Shown piece after piece: positions 44,929 through 54,501 of a DNA stretch of 59,359 bases (positions are counted from its first letter, which is position 1; each line of letters starts with the position of its first letter). Origin of the DNA: Chlamydiia bacterium (GTDB taxonomy: Bacteria; Chlamydiota; Chlamydiia; Chlamydiales; FEN-1388). Both the position numbers and the translations under genes were made by a program. The stretch spans positions 1 through 59,359 of the forward strand of contig CAINFV010000165.1 in assembly GCA_903848235.1 (NCBI GenBank), given 5' to 3'. A model generated the notes under the pieces. It searched no databases. It was given only the letters and a program-made list of their open reading frames with translations, and was not told the origin of the DNA.

Positions 44929-45182
44929 ATGTTCATTGCCTTATATTTCGAAAGCTTAAGCCGTCATTCGTGAGGATAATGTGGAAAATTGCCAAAATTT
45001 TGAACGTCGGTGTTGAGCGAAAGCAAAACCATTTGTTACGATCCACAGCGTCCTGTCTTTTTCAAAAAGCCATTTCATACAATGGTTTTTCGTAATTGTC
45101 GCTCCTGATCCACATGGGGAACAGGGGCTGAAGAGTTTTTTTGTCCCACTTGACACTTAAAATGATAGTGAGGGAGGAGAGC

Positions 45183-47540
45183 ATGTTTACGTTCTTCCGC
45201 CGCTACCAGCGGGCCATTTATTTCGTCGTTACTGCGGTGATCATTCTCTCCTTTTCGTTTTTTGGCACGTACTCTGCCTTTACGTCGGGAAAGGGGGAAG
45301 ATCCTGTCGTTTTCCGTACTGATGACGGAACGCGTATGACGCGATCTGAGTTTAACGATTATGTCCATTTTCTCTCAATGGATAGCCTTACATTAGGAGA
45401 GGGAGGAGCCGTTCCTAGCAACCCTCTCAATGATGGCGTTCTTGCCAATGACATCATTGCGCCCGGTATCGGAGAGGTATTGGCGAAGCGATTTTCTGGA
45501 GATTTTGCCAGCGATTGGAAAATTAAACTGAGCCGAGAACGTTCTTTTCAGCCTTATCATCATCCACAAGCTCCTTTTCTTAGCGCTATGCAGGCATGGA
45601 GCTATTTTGCCCCAGACATCAAGGAATCGTTTGATCAATTTCGTTCTGTTTCATCAGATGACCCTGTGGAAATCTACAAGAAGAAGGCAGCGCTGTTTCT
45701 TGCAGAACGGCAGTTTCCCCCTGTCTTTCTACGCCAGATTCTTACCTATCAGCAGCAGCAGTTTAACTGGATAGAACCCGACATTTCTCTGGAAGGAAGG
45801 CCATTAGGTCTGTTTGGCTATAGCCAGATAACGGACTGGTTTGGTGCTCCGTTTGTTGATAAATCGTGTGAATTTATTATCCAAGCGGCGAGCCGTGCAC
45901 GAGCTTCAGGACTTTCCGTCTCCTCTGGAGAAGCATTAGCTTCTCTATACCAAAACGCGCAAAAGGCATTACAACGACTTCCACAACAAAGTGGGGTGAC
46001 GGCCGATGATCTATTCAGAAAAACTCTGCGAGAGCTGAATATGGATCAGTCTCGTGCAATTGACATCTGGTCTGATGTGCTGCTGTTTCGCCGCTCGTTG
46101 ATCGACCTTCCTCTGAACATCGTCGTCAACAAACAGCCTTTTGATGAATTTCTTCACCAAGAGTCTGAGGCGTGTGATCTTGACTGCTATCAACTCCAGC
46201 CCTCGTTGCGCCTGACGTCGATGCGAGATCTCTTCAAAGTCCAACTGTGGGTCAATAGTGTCGGAGAACCTCTCAAAAGCGCTACCCCCACTCTTCTTCC
46301 TCCTTCAACGTTTAGGGAGCCAGAAGAAGTTATGGGCAGCTGGCCGGAATTTGTTGAACGAAAGTTTATCCTGTCTGTGGCCTCTGCTTCATTCGATGAC
46401 CTCACCAAAAATATTCGGCTACGCGATATCTGGAACTGGGAAGTAGACAATGGCAACTGGGAGTTGCTTCTCAATGAAATACCTTCTCTTGGAGAAAAAG
46501 AAGCCTCTGATCGCGATGGCCGCCTTCAAGCTTTAGATCGTCTCAGCCCACAGCTACGTGCGAAGGCTGATGCCATAGCAAAAGAGCATATCGTCGAGCT
46601 CCATCCACAGTGGCTACAGGATGTATTGTCGAAAGCAAAGGCGGACTGCCAACATGTGAATATTCGCCTGATAGACGGGAGGCTGCCTTTTGAAGGTATC
46701 TCTGATCGTCAGGCGTTGATTTCAGAGCTCATGAAAGCGCCAATAACGGAAATAGCGCCTTCCCTTCAAAGCTATACTCAAGATGGGAAGCATTTTTATC
46801 GTATTCAGGTGTTGGACAGAGCTGCAAAAGACTCATTAGTACCGCTGCCAGATCTCATTGCTGATGGAACTCTGGATCACGTTCTAGACCGTGTTTTAGA
46901 GATGTCGTATCCCAGCATTCGAACCGAACGCCCAGCGGACTATCGCGGCGAAAAAGAAGAATGGAAACCCTTCAGCCAGGTGAAAGAAAAAGTCGGGGAA
47001 GCGTATTTCGCGGCTTTTCTGAAGCAACTCGATCATGCGATTGCAGAGTGGAAGATCAAGTTCCCAAAATTCTGCCACTGGGACGACCTTAAGACCTCTC
47101 GCGTTGCAGTACGATTCTTGCCTCAGCTAGCGCTTCTTACCCAATCGCTTCATGGAGATAGGGACTGGAGTGCCTATGTCACGACGCCATATGTCACAGC
47201 GGAAAAGGATCATGTCGATCTAAGTATTGAAGACAGGCCGCTGACAGACTTATGGCTGCTTGTGGAGTCAAAACAGCGGCTTATCCGCTCAGAGCAGAGT
47301 GAAAAAATTCAATTTGCCGAGGCTCTCTTGCTGAGTCCTGGAGCATGGATGCAACCACGGTATTCCCAAGAGTTAGGGGCTTTTGTCGCAAAGGTGACCA
47401 AAAAGGATATGGAGCCCTATGGAGAGGACCTGAGGGCGTCAGTCTTTGACTGTCAGCGACTCATTGGGCGTGAAGCAGTACAAAATCGGGCGCAACAACT
47501 TGTGACAGATTTTTTTGGTGAATCGAATAGGATAAAGTAG
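45183..47540 (+). CDS. Membrane-anchored periplasmic chaperone-like protein (PpiD/SurA_N-like, tentative)
   Basis: The ATG at 45183 follows GAGGGAGGAG. The N-terminus 'FFRRYQRAIYFVVTAVIILSFSFFGTYS' is a single TM anchor in the PpiD style. The remainder is large and soluble, and I see no parvulin motif. Confidence 0.4.
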   Translation: MFTFFRRYQRAIYFVVTAVIILSFSFFGTYSAFTSGKGEDPVVFRTDDGTRMTRSEFNDYVHFLSMDSLTLGEGGAVPSNPLNDGVLANDIIAPGIGEVLAKRFSGDFASDWKIKLSRERSFQPYHHPQAPFLSAMQAWSYFAPDIKESFDQFRSVSSDDPVEIYKKKAALFLAERQFPPVFLRQILTYQQQQFNWIEPDISLEGRPLGLFGYSQITDWFGAPFVDKSCEFIIQAASRARASGLSVSSGEALASLYQNAQKALQRLPQQSGVTADDLFRKTLRELNMDQSRAIDIWSDVLLFRRSLIDLPLNIVVNKQPFDEFLHQESEACDLDCYQLQPSLRLTSMRDLFKVQLWVNSVGEPLKSATPTLLPPSTFREPEEVMGSWPEFVERKFILSVASASFDDLTKNIRLRDIWNWEVDNGNWELLLNEIPSLGEKEASDRDGRLQALDRLSPQLRAKADAIAKEHIVELHPQWLQDVLSKAKADCQHVNIRLIDGRLPFEGISDRQALISELMKAPITEIAPSLQSYTQDGKHFYRIQVLDRAAKDSLVPLPDLIADGTLDHVLDRVLEMSYPSIRTERPADYRGEKEEWKPFSQVKEKVGEAYFAAFLKQLDHAIAEWKIKFPKFCHWDDLKTSRVAVRFLPQLALLTQSLHGDRDWSAYVTTPYVTAEKDHVDLSIEDRPLTDLWLLVESKQRLIRSEQSEKIQFAEALLLSPGAWMQPRYSQELGAFVAKVTKKDMEPYGEDLRASVFDCQRLIGREAVQNRAQQLVTDFFGESNRIK

Positions 47541-47543
47541 ATT

Positions 47544-47930
47544 ATGGCAGAACGGCGAGTAAGCGCGAATGGTGAATGGTTGGAAAGAGATGGATCTATT
47601 GTGACTGTAGGTCTGACCCGCAGGGCTGTTGATCAGCTTGGGACTGTCGTTAGTGTTCATTTGCCAGAAGTGACGGAGACGATTCATCGAGGGGATGTTG
47701 CTGTTGTCGTAGAATCCTCAAAGGCTGCGATAGACTGTGAAAGCCCAATGTCTGGCACTGTGAAGGCGGTAAATTTTCAGCTCCTTAGCTCTCCTGATCT
47801 CCTGAACGAAGCTCCAGAACACGACGGCTGGCTGTATCGTCTCGAGCATGTCGATGATCATGAGTGGGACAAGTTGCCGCTTCCTTCTTCTCCCCAATCG
47901 TCGCCGGCAGCACAATCTTCAGACGTTTGA
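47544..47930 (+). CDS. gcvH: Glycine cleavage system H protein (lipoyl carrier)
   Basis: 'VTVGLTRRAVDQLGTVVSVHLPEV...G...AVVESSKAA.....P.SG.V.AVN..L...P.LLN..PE.DGWL' includes the lipoyl-lysine motif 'VESSKA'. Confidence 0.85.
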   Translation: MAERRVSANGEWLERDGSIVTVGLTRRAVDQLGTVVSVHLPEVTETIHRGDVAVVVESSKAAIDCESPMSGTVKAVNFQLLSSPDLLNEAPEHDGWLYRLEHVDDHEWDKLPLPSSPQSSPAAQSSDV

Positions 47931-47944
47931 AAAAACCCTCCTAG

Positions 47945-47971
47945 GGGCAAGAAGATCGTTGGTTCTTGCCC
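47945..47971. terminator. Hairpin between convergent genes (GGGCAAGAA-9 nt-TTCTTGCCC)
   Basis: 9-bp perfect stem. It lies 15 nt after the gcvH stop and 16 nt after the stop of the minus-strand gene. There is no strong T-run. Confidence 0.45.
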
Positions 47972-47986
47972 GCAGGGATGAAGGTT

Positions 47987-48649
47987 TTACTGCACGACAG
48001 GTGTCACAGGCTCGGTTTTCAATTCAGTGGGTGAAGCCAGATGCGGGTCTTGCCCATCGCCTAGTGCCTGCTGTGCCAAAACGACTGGAGGAGTAGCTCC
48101 TTGGAGTGATGTATCAGACGGCATTTCCTCGGATGGCGCTGTGTGGAGGGCCTCCGGAGGCGTTGGAGGAATACCGCACACGGTATTGACAAGGCCTGTT
48201 CTTAGAAACATAATACATGATGCAATGATGTTGCCGATACCAAAGAGGGCAACGGGAAGGTTGGTGGTGGCGATCCCCTGTGATATTTGCTGTCCGCCTT
48301 CAATAATCCCGCCAAGAGCAAACCCATTTTCTACGTTTTCTGCTGTGACAGGCTTGTTTTCTGGTGTAGTAACCGTTTTAAAGACAACAATGGCGCTAAG
48401 GCCTGCCCAAAAAAGAGGGCCAGGAAAAAACATCAACCTCATCGCTAGAAAAGGCAGGCATCTGATCATGGCGGCGGCAACAGCGGCAGCAGGCCTTGGG
48501 AGAATGTTATTTGTGATATCATCAATCTTTTTGTCAATCCAGAAAGCACTATTTTTAACAGTGCTCATCACATCATGCGCCCGATCACAGAGAGTATCTG
48601 CAAGAGGCTGGATGTAATTTGAAGTAATCCATTGAATTTGAGTGCACAT
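47987..48649 (-). CDS. Hypothetical membrane protein, Inc-like (bilobed hydrophobic segment)
   Basis: The minus-strand ORF has a GGAGG box 7 nt upstream of the ATG. It has a roughly 40-aa bilobed hydrophobic stretch 'AAAVAAAMIRCLPFLAMRLMFFPGPLFWAGLSAIVVF', a second TM 'LPVALFGIGNIIASCIMFL', and a Pro/Thr-rich tail. The overlapping + strand ORF looks like a shadow. Confidence 0.55.
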   Translation of the reverse strand: MCTQIQWITSNYIQPLADTLCDRAHDVMSTVKNSAFWIDKKIDDITNNILPRPAAAVAAAMIRCLPFLAMRLMFFPGPLFWAGLSAIVVFKTVTTPENKPVTAENVENGFALGGIIEGGQQISQGIATTNLPVALFGIGNIIASCIMFLRTGLVNTVCGIPPTPPEALHTAPSEEMPSDTSLQGATPPVVLAQQALGDGQDPHLASPTELKTEPVTPVVQ

Positions 48650-48856
48650 ATGAGGGCCTCCAGGAAAAAAAATGCTAAAGTCCAGCTGTGTAGAGCTTTT
48701 AGAAACTCATGCCTTTCATCGGACATCTTGATGATTCCTTGTAAAGATTAGATCAGGACTCTCGGTTGAAAACCCAGTTTTTTTTGGTCCTAGCAGGGCA
48801 GGCGTGAAGGAAAAAATACGGCTTATTGCAGTAGTTTCTTTTTCGCTACCGGCGCG

Positions 48857-48886
48857 TTGATTTTCTGTCTTCGTTTCAGGTACTAT
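48857..48886 (+). promoter_or_regulatory. Candidate promoter TTGATT-18 nt-TACTAT upstream of glyA
   Basis: -35 at 48857..48862 and -10 at 48881..48886, about 50 nt upstream of the glyA ATG. Pattern match only. Confidence 0.35.
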
Positions 48887-48937
48887 CGAAAACGCCCGAA
48901 AATATGATTCCCCATCAAGAGATAAGGAGTGTGTCAC

Positions 48938-50431
48938 ATGGACTTACTATCAAATTACTTGAAGACGACCCCTGAACTCTCTCGGTCAAAAGCCGCTATT
49001 GCTGTGTTAGCAGGATTAGATCATATCTCTCAGTCCTCACCATCGATTGCAAAAGATATTCTCCGCGAGCTGTACGAGCAGCGGCGGTATTTGAAGATGA
49101 TAGCCTCTGAAAACTACTCCTCGCTGGCCGTCCAGCTGGCCATGGGAAATTGGCTCTCAGATAAGTATGCAGAAGGATTCGTTCACCATCGGTTCTATGC
49201 AGGATGTGATCAGGTAGATGCTATTGAAGACGAAGCCTGCTATCAGCTCAAAGAGCTTTTTCATGCAGAGCATGTCTATGTACAACCCCATTCGGGGGCG
49301 GATGCAAATCTCCTTGCCTATTGGGCTATTCTGACAACGCGCGTGCAGTCCAAAGAGCTCGAGCGTATGCAGAAGAAATCGGTCGATGAACTGACGCCAG
49401 AAGAATTTGAATCCCTTCGGCAACTTCTCATTAATCAGAAGTTGATGGGCATGGCTTTAAGCTCAGGGGGCCACCTGACACACGGGTATCGCCATAACAT
49501 CTCGTCTAAGATCTTCAAGACCGTGTTTTATGAAGTAGATCCAACGACAGGCTTGATCAACTACGACACCATTTGGCAGAAAGCAAAAGAAGAGCGTCCT
49601 GCAATCTTACTCGCCGGCTATTCTGCATACCCACGACTCATTAACTTTGCCAAGATGCGGCAGATAGCAGACGATGTGGGAGCAACATTCATGGTCGATA
49701 TGGCTCATTTCTCAGGACTTGTTGCAGGTGGTGTTTTCACGGGTGAATATAACCCTATTCCCTATGCTCATGTTGTTACCTCAACGACCCATAAAACACT
49801 TCGCGGGCCGCGAGGCGGTATCATCCTTTGTAAGGAGGAGTTCGGGGAGGCTGTCGACAAGGGATGCCCTCTTGTCCAAGGAGGCCCTCTCCCTCATGTC
49901 ATGGCAGCAAAAGCGGTGGCATTTGAAGAAGCGCGACGCCCTTCGTTCAAAGAGTATGCCCATAAAATCGTTGCTAATTCCCAAGCCTTAGCTGAAGAGT
50001 TGATCCAACAAGGAGTGCGTGTTCTTACTGGAGGCACTGATAACCATATGGTGTTGGTTGATGTGACTCCTTTCGGGCTGACCGGCAAGCAAGCAGAATA
50101 TGCGCTTCGCCAGTGCTATATCACCCTCAATCGCAATGCAATACCATTCGACAAAAATGGACCGTGGTATACTTCTGGTATTCGCCTTGGTACGCCAGCG
50201 CTAACGACGCTAGGGATGGGGACGAATGAAATGAAGCGAATTGCCACATTTGTCGTAGACGCCCTGCGGCATGCCCATCCATCACCTGGGTCAAATGGTG
50301 GCGAAAGTCGTGCTATGGCCGATGTAGAGCCTGAGGTGCTGAGCAGAATACACGCCGGAATATCGGAACTGCTCACTGCATTTCCTTTGTACAAAGAGAT
50401 TGTTTTTCCTGAATCTGTTGTCTCAACTTGA
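48938..50431 (+). CDS. glyA: Serine hydroxymethyltransferase (long, about 497-aa form)
   Basis: 'LKMIASENYSS', 'GGHLTHG', 'VVTSTTHKTLRGPRGG' (PLP-lysine motif) and 'NRNAIPFD'. The ATG at 48938 lies 8 nt after AAGGAG. Confidence 0.9.
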   Translation: MDLLSNYLKTTPELSRSKAAIAVLAGLDHISQSSPSIAKDILRELYEQRRYLKMIASENYSSLAVQLAMGNWLSDKYAEGFVHHRFYAGCDQVDAIEDEACYQLKELFHAEHVYVQPHSGADANLLAYWAILTTRVQSKELERMQKKSVDELTPEEFESLRQLLINQKLMGMALSSGGHLTHGYRHNISSKIFKTVFYEVDPTTGLINYDTIWQKAKEERPAILLAGYSAYPRLINFAKMRQIADDVGATFMVDMAHFSGLVAGGVFTGEYNPIPYAHVVTSTTHKTLRGPRGGIILCKEEFGEAVDKGCPLVQGGPLPHVMAAKAVAFEEARRPSFKEYAHKIVANSQALAEELIQQGVRVLTGGTDNHMVLVDVTPFGLTGKQAEYALRQCYITLNRNAIPFDKNGPWYTSGIRLGTPALTTLGMGTNEMKRIATFVVDALRHAHPSPGSNGGESRAMADVEPEVLSRIHAGISELLTAFPLYKEIVFPESVVST

Positions 50432-50500
50432 GGCGATAGGAGACGTTTCTTTGTGCCACGTCGCACATAAGGATCGATAATTAAATTGGAGACCGCTTTC

Positions 50501-51103
50501 ATGCAAAAATCCTCTAGTCAGAACGTTTTGCCTGTATCACAATTTGAACGGCTCAGTGATACAATCGATGCAACACTCCTTGCGAACCGTCGTCTGTTTC
50601 TCAGTCGACCTATTGACATGTCGTATGCCGAAGAGATCATTAAGAAAATTTGGTATCTCCAATATACATCGCCAACGGCTGGTGTTGTTCTTGTCATCAA
50701 CTCCCCAGGAGGCGCTGTCGACGCAGGTTTTGCCATCTGGGATCAGCTGAAGATGATGACATTTCCGCTGACAACACTGGTGACGGGGTTGGCCGGATCT
50801 ATGGGATCTGTCCTTGCCCTCTGTGCGTCAAAGGGAAGGCGTCTTGCAACGCCAAGAAGCCGTTTTCTCATCCACCAGCCAGCGCTGAGCACAACGGTGG
50901 AAGGGCAGGCGACAGACCTTGAGATACAAGCTCGCGAGATCCTCAAGACAAAAAAGCAGATCGTCGCACTGTATAGTGAAGCGACTGGCAAGAGTATAGA
51001 GGAGATCGAAAAGGCTATTGACCGTGATCGATGGATGTCAGCTGAAGAGGCGCTTCAGTTTGGTATTATCGACCGTCTCGTTACAGATTTTAACGATATG
51101 TAA
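50501..51103 (+). CDS. clpP: ATP-dependent Clp protease proteolytic subunit
   Basis: 'INSPGG.V.AGFAIWD', '[12 protein letters not shown]' (active-site Ser), 'IHQP', '[18 protein letters not shown]'. The start is taken at ATG 50501 (the track ORF begins at TTG 50486). Confidence 0.9.
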   Translation: MQKSSSQNVLPVSQFERLSDTIDATLLANRRLFLSRPIDMSYAEEIIKKIWYLQYTSPTAGVVLVINSPGGAVDAGFAIWDQLKMMTFPLTTLVTGLAGSMGSVLALCASKGRRLATPRSRFLIHQPALSTTVEGQATDLEIQAREILKTKKQIVALYSEATGKSIEEIEKAIDRDRWMSAEEALQFGIIDRLVTDFNDM

Positions 51104-51118
51104 ACCCAATACGAGGGT

Positions 51119-52057
51119 ATGTTCATACAAGCAGCGTATCGCTTTTTAGACTATTTACGAGTCGTGCGTGGTGCATCAGAACATACCATCAGGGGCTATG
51201 CGAATGACCTAACGGTCTTGGGGCTGTTTATGACCAATGGACAGCCTTGTGGCCGAATCTCTTCGGGTGGAAAGCCGTCTGGAGATTCTTCCATATCCTT
51301 TCCCCTTCAGGGTATTGATCGGAAAACGATCAGAGCATATATCATTGCAGAGCGAGGTCGGAATATCTCCAAGCGCTCTGTTGCCAGGCGGTTATCGGCA
51401 TTACGCTCTTTTTTCCGCTACTGTCTTCGCGAAAAGCTTATCGACGTCAATCCGATGGATTTGATTGATAGCCCCAAACTGGACCACACTGTTCCTCACT
51501 CATTGTCGTATTCTCAGATAGAGCACTTTTTCAACCTTCCCCAGACCTCCACTTTTCTTGGGCTTCGAGATCGCACTATCATGGAGCTCTTTTATAGCTC
51601 TGGACTACGTGTCAGTGAGCTTGCTGGATTGAATAGAGCTGACTTTGATACCTCAGAACTCTTGTTCGTTGTCAGGGGGAAAGGGAAAAAAGAACGGATA
51701 GTCCCGATCACTGAAAATGCGGCACAATGGATCGCGCGATATATTGCTCATCCAGAGAGGGTTTCGATACAAAAGGATAGCGAGGCAATCTTCCTAAACC
51801 GTTTTGGCACACGTCTGACGACACGCTCTATAGACCGGCTCTTTAGCTTCTATCTTACCAAAAGCGGCTTTGCAGATACCATCACGCCTCACGTCATTCG
51901 CCATACCATAGCAACTCATTGGCTAGAGCAAGGAATGGACCTGAAAACAATTCAAGTGCTTCTTGGCCACTCGTCGATGGCGACCACAACGATTTATACA
52001 GAAGTATCATCAGATTTGAAAAAGCGTGTCGTTGCTGCTCTTCATCCGCGTGCTTGA
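51119..52057 (+). CDS. xerC: Tyrosine recombinase XerC/XerD family
   Basis: The N-terminal SAM-like domain 'FLDYLRVVRGASEHTIRGYANDL', then 'GLRVSEL', 'GKG.KER.VP', 'HVIRHTIATHWLE.G.DL..IQ.LLGH....TT.IYT' give the R..HxxR..Y catalytic set. Confidence 0.85.
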   Translation: MFIQAAYRFLDYLRVVRGASEHTIRGYANDLTVLGLFMTNGQPCGRISSGGKPSGDSSISFPLQGIDRKTIRAYIIAERGRNISKRSVARRLSALRSFFRYCLREKLIDVNPMDLIDSPKLDHTVPHSLSYSQIEHFFNLPQTSTFLGLRDRTIMELFYSSGLRVSELAGLNRADFDTSELLFVVRGKGKKERIVPITENAAQWIARYIAHPERVSIQKDSEAIFLNRFGTRLTTRSIDRLFSFYLTKSGFADTITPHVIRHTIATHWLEQGMDLKTIQVLLGHSSMATTTIYTEVSSDLKKRVVAALHPRA

Positions 52058-53127
52058 AGAGCTGTTAGTCGAGAGTTCTTTAAAAAAGATTTTACGCTAT
52101 GTTGCGTTGGCGGAATTCCCGTTCTCACGAAGGTGCTGCTTGAGGCAACAGCCATTTTAAGGCATGTCAGAGGTGTTTGATGCTGCAGCATGCCTGCTAT
52201 GAACCCAGCATTAAATGTATCTCCAGCGCCTGTTGAGCGAACAGGTTTCTTGCAGATTGGAACAAAGAGAGTATGTGAAGTTATCTTTCCATCCATCAGA
52301 GAGGCAACAGCTACTTCAGAATGGGTGTGGATAACGACGCAGGATAGATGGAGGACGCTGGCAATTGTGTCTGCGTTTTTTTGAAGCGAGTCAGAGGGAC
52401 GCTGGCGCAAGGCGCGCAACACCTGAGTGCTTTCTGATCTGTTCAGCCCCAGAATAACATCGCAGATAGCATTGAGTTCTAAGAGTGTTGACAGCGCTCC
52501 TTTCAGGTCTTTGGCAGGTCTTTTTGCAGGGTCTGAAAGGTCGACAAAGAGAGATTTTCTTGGAGCCTGCACCATAAGTCGTGGATTTTTGAGAAGATAC
52601 TCCCAAAATTCTTGGATCAACGGCATCATCGTCCAATTTACGGTGGCAATGCACTCTGCTTGGCTAACACACGACTCTAGCAGGTTGTGCCTCAGGCGGC
52701 CTGTGGCTTCGTGAAGGCTCAGAGAATTTAACTCTCCCATCTTGCCGAGCATCAGTTTTCCATCCGTAAATTCAAGGGCATCGGTAAGCCCTGGTTCTGC
52801 GAACGAATGGACAGCGATCCCCATGGTTTCTAAGGGCTGAAAGAGAGGGTTCAACGTCGGGAATCCACAGGTTCCAACTAACGTTCCGGGAATCCCAAGC
52901 GACGCCAGAGCTCGTGCGAGGAGGGGAGCATTTCCTCCAAGAGACCGCTCTTTGACGACGCATTCAATGTTGGCGCTTTGAGATGAAGCTGCTGAAATTT
53001 TTTCTGAAAAAGCTGGAATTGAACCGAGTCTTCGAAAGGAAGAGGGCCCTGTCCGCTGCGCGACACAATGAAGAAGGGTGTCAATAAATCCGTCAAAGCC
53101 TATCAACACCCTTGATGTAGTGAACAC
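52042..53127 (-). CDS. PfkB/ribokinase-superfamily sugar kinase (ADP-dependent-kinase-like N-terminus)
   Basis: GTG start. 'GFDGFID', 'GGNAPLLARALASLG' and the C-terminal 'TGAGDTFNAGFIAG' form the anion-hole/catalytic Asp motif. Its 3' end overlaps the xerC stop by 16 nt (convergent). Confidence 0.65.
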   Translation of the reverse strand: MFTTSRVLIGFDGFIDTLLHCVAQRTGPSSFRRLGSIPAFSEKISAASSQSANIECVVKERSLGGNAPLLARALASLGIPGTLVGTCGFPTLNPLFQPLETMGIAVHSFAEPGLTDALEFTDGKLMLGKMGELNSLSLHEATGRLRHNLLESCVSQAECIATVNWTMMPLIQEFWEYLLKNPRLMVQAPRKSLFVDLSDPAKRPAKDLKGALSTLLELNAICDVILGLNRSESTQVLRALRQRPSDSLQKNADTIASVLHLSCVVIHTHSEVAVASLMDGKITSHTLFVPICKKPVRSTGAGDTFNAGFIAGMLQHQTPLTCLKMAVASSSTFVRTGIPPTQHSVKSFLKNSRLTALQARG

Positions 53128-53139
53128 CTGAGGATGTCC

Positions 53140-53562
53140 TTAGAATTGTGGTGACAAATCCACTTCTTGGCCAAAGGCAACTGTATGGTTGTTTCCTTGC
53201 TCATACCAGCTGTCATTGACTAACACTTTAAATTGCATGGTAGAGAAAGGCCGATCTGACTCCCATAGCCATTCATTCGGTCCAATGTTTTTCATTTGGA
53301 CGCCTTTTTCCCATGACAGTGAAGAAATCCCTTCGCCACGAATGAAAAGATTATTAGTAAAGCCACAGTCAATATGGGCTACAACTTTTGTTTTTGCCGC
53401 TTTTGTCCCCTTTGATTTTGAGGGGACTTCTATTGCACAGTGGGGTTCCGACGCTGAAGATTTATTCTGCTTCGGCATCGGGCTTGCTGCGCCACATGAT
53501 GCCGATTTTTGAGGCATTTCAGTGGCTGCATGTTGTTTCATTTCCTTTTTCATAGACGACAT
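53140..53562 (-). CDS. Small protein with a CBM20-like (starch/glycogen-binding) domain
   Basis: The C-terminal roughly 95 aa 'LFIRGEG.SSLSWEKGVQMKN.GPNEWLWES......MQFKVLVND.WYEQGNNH' fit the CBM20 pattern (L.I.G....L.W..G..M....W......FK......WE.G.N). The N-terminus is Lys/Ser-rich. It lies immediately upstream of the PfkB kinase. Confidence 0.5.
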   Translation of the reverse strand: MSSMKKEMKQHAATEMPQKSASCGAASPMPKQNKSSASEPHCAIEVPSKSKGTKAAKTKVVAHIDCGFTNNLFIRGEGISSLSWEKGVQMKNIGPNEWLWESDRPFSTMQFKVLVNDSWYEQGNNHTVAFGQEVDLSPQF

Positions 53563-53871
53563 AAGACTACCTCCGTTTCGTAACTCTTATATAATGATCA
53601 CTTTTTTTGGACTATAGGCTTGAGTGGAATTTTATCAAAGAATTTTTGGCTGGTAGCGAAGGAGGGGTTTTTAGTTAGCATGACGAGGTGAAAATACGAC
53701 TGGGAGAAATTCATTACGCTGCAGTTTGCGTCTCTCTCGATGGCGGTCCCAAAAATTATGCAAAGCCCAGTTCAATTGATTTATAATGTTGCGAAAAATT
53801 GATGTTTTGCTTGAATATTGTCGCAACCTCTAATTGGGGTATTTTGATAACGTAAAAATACGGAGTTTATT

Positions 53872-54210
53872 ATGAAACTATCACCTGAATTATGTGATGC
53901 AGCAGCAGAAGCCGCTCAGCAACTCGAACTCTGGTCAGCGATCGGTCAAGACGCCAATGTGAACGTCCACGGACATCACGTTAACGTCGTTCTTAAAGAC
54001 GGTCGTGCGTTCAGCGTAGAGCGTGAAGGACACAAAGATTACAAGTTGCATGGTCATGTAAAGCCATATGCAGACGCAGCTCTTACCGAACTTGGAAAGA
54101 AATTTATCAAGGTCATTCGCAAGGGTGTTCGTGAAGTTTCCAAAGTTTTAGATCATGCCAGCTCATCGACCGGCAAAGTTGCAAAAGAACTTCGCAAGAA
54201 GTATCTGTAA
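53872..54210 (+). CDS. Hypothetical protein (112 aa), His/Lys-rich
   Basis: The ORF has a GGAG box 7 nt upstream and a strong terminator downstream. No family recognised. Confidence 0.5.
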   Translation: MKLSPELCDAAAEAAQQLELWSAIGQDANVNVHGHHVNVVLKDGRAFSVEREGHKDYKLHGHVKPYADAALTELGKKFIKVIRKGVREVSKVLDHASSSTGKVAKELRKKYL

Positions 54211-54257
54211 GCACAATTGAAGGATGTCATTTCCTAAGATTTTGTGTTGAATAACCG

Positions 54258-54310
54258 CATCAGCACGATTACTGCTTTCATGGCAGACTGATCGTGCTGA
54301 TGTTTTTTTT
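54258..54310 (+). terminator. Rho-independent terminator
   Basis: 12-bp perfect stem CATCAGCACGAT (54258..54269) / ATCGTGCTGATG (54291..54302), followed directly by T8 (54303..54310). Confidence 0.75.
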
Positions 54311-54354
54311 GTACCAATCCGTGTCGCTTAAAGCAGTTCGCCACCATTCCCTTG

Positions 54355-54384
54355 TTGAGCAGAACCGATCAGTTCTGGTACAAT
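54355..54384 (+). promoter_or_regulatory. Candidate promoter TTGAGC-18 nt-TACAAT
   Basis: -35 at 54355..54360 and -10 at 54379..54384. The spacer contains AGAAC-cgatca-GTTCT. It lies upstream of the zinc-ribbon gene and rnpB. Confidence 0.4.
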
Positions 54385-54501
54385 ACGTTACCACTATTCA
54401 GGGACCCTCTCCATTATTGAGCTTAATGAGCCTATACCTAAATGAGAGGGTGATGTCGGAAGTGATACAAAAGGCTCCAATAACTCTTCAAAGGTACTAC
54501 G

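Noticed and set aside
45150-45155. Perfect TTGACA -35 hexamer upstream of the PpiD-like gene.
   Set aside because: It is only about 28 nt from the ATG, with the SD box where a -10 should be, so there is no compatible -10 hexamer.
48027-48617. 196-aa plus-strand ORF overlapping the Inc-like gene.
   Set aside because: It has an Arg/Cys/Gly-rich junk-like composition and no SD. The minus-strand ORF has a GGAGG box and coherent TM segments.
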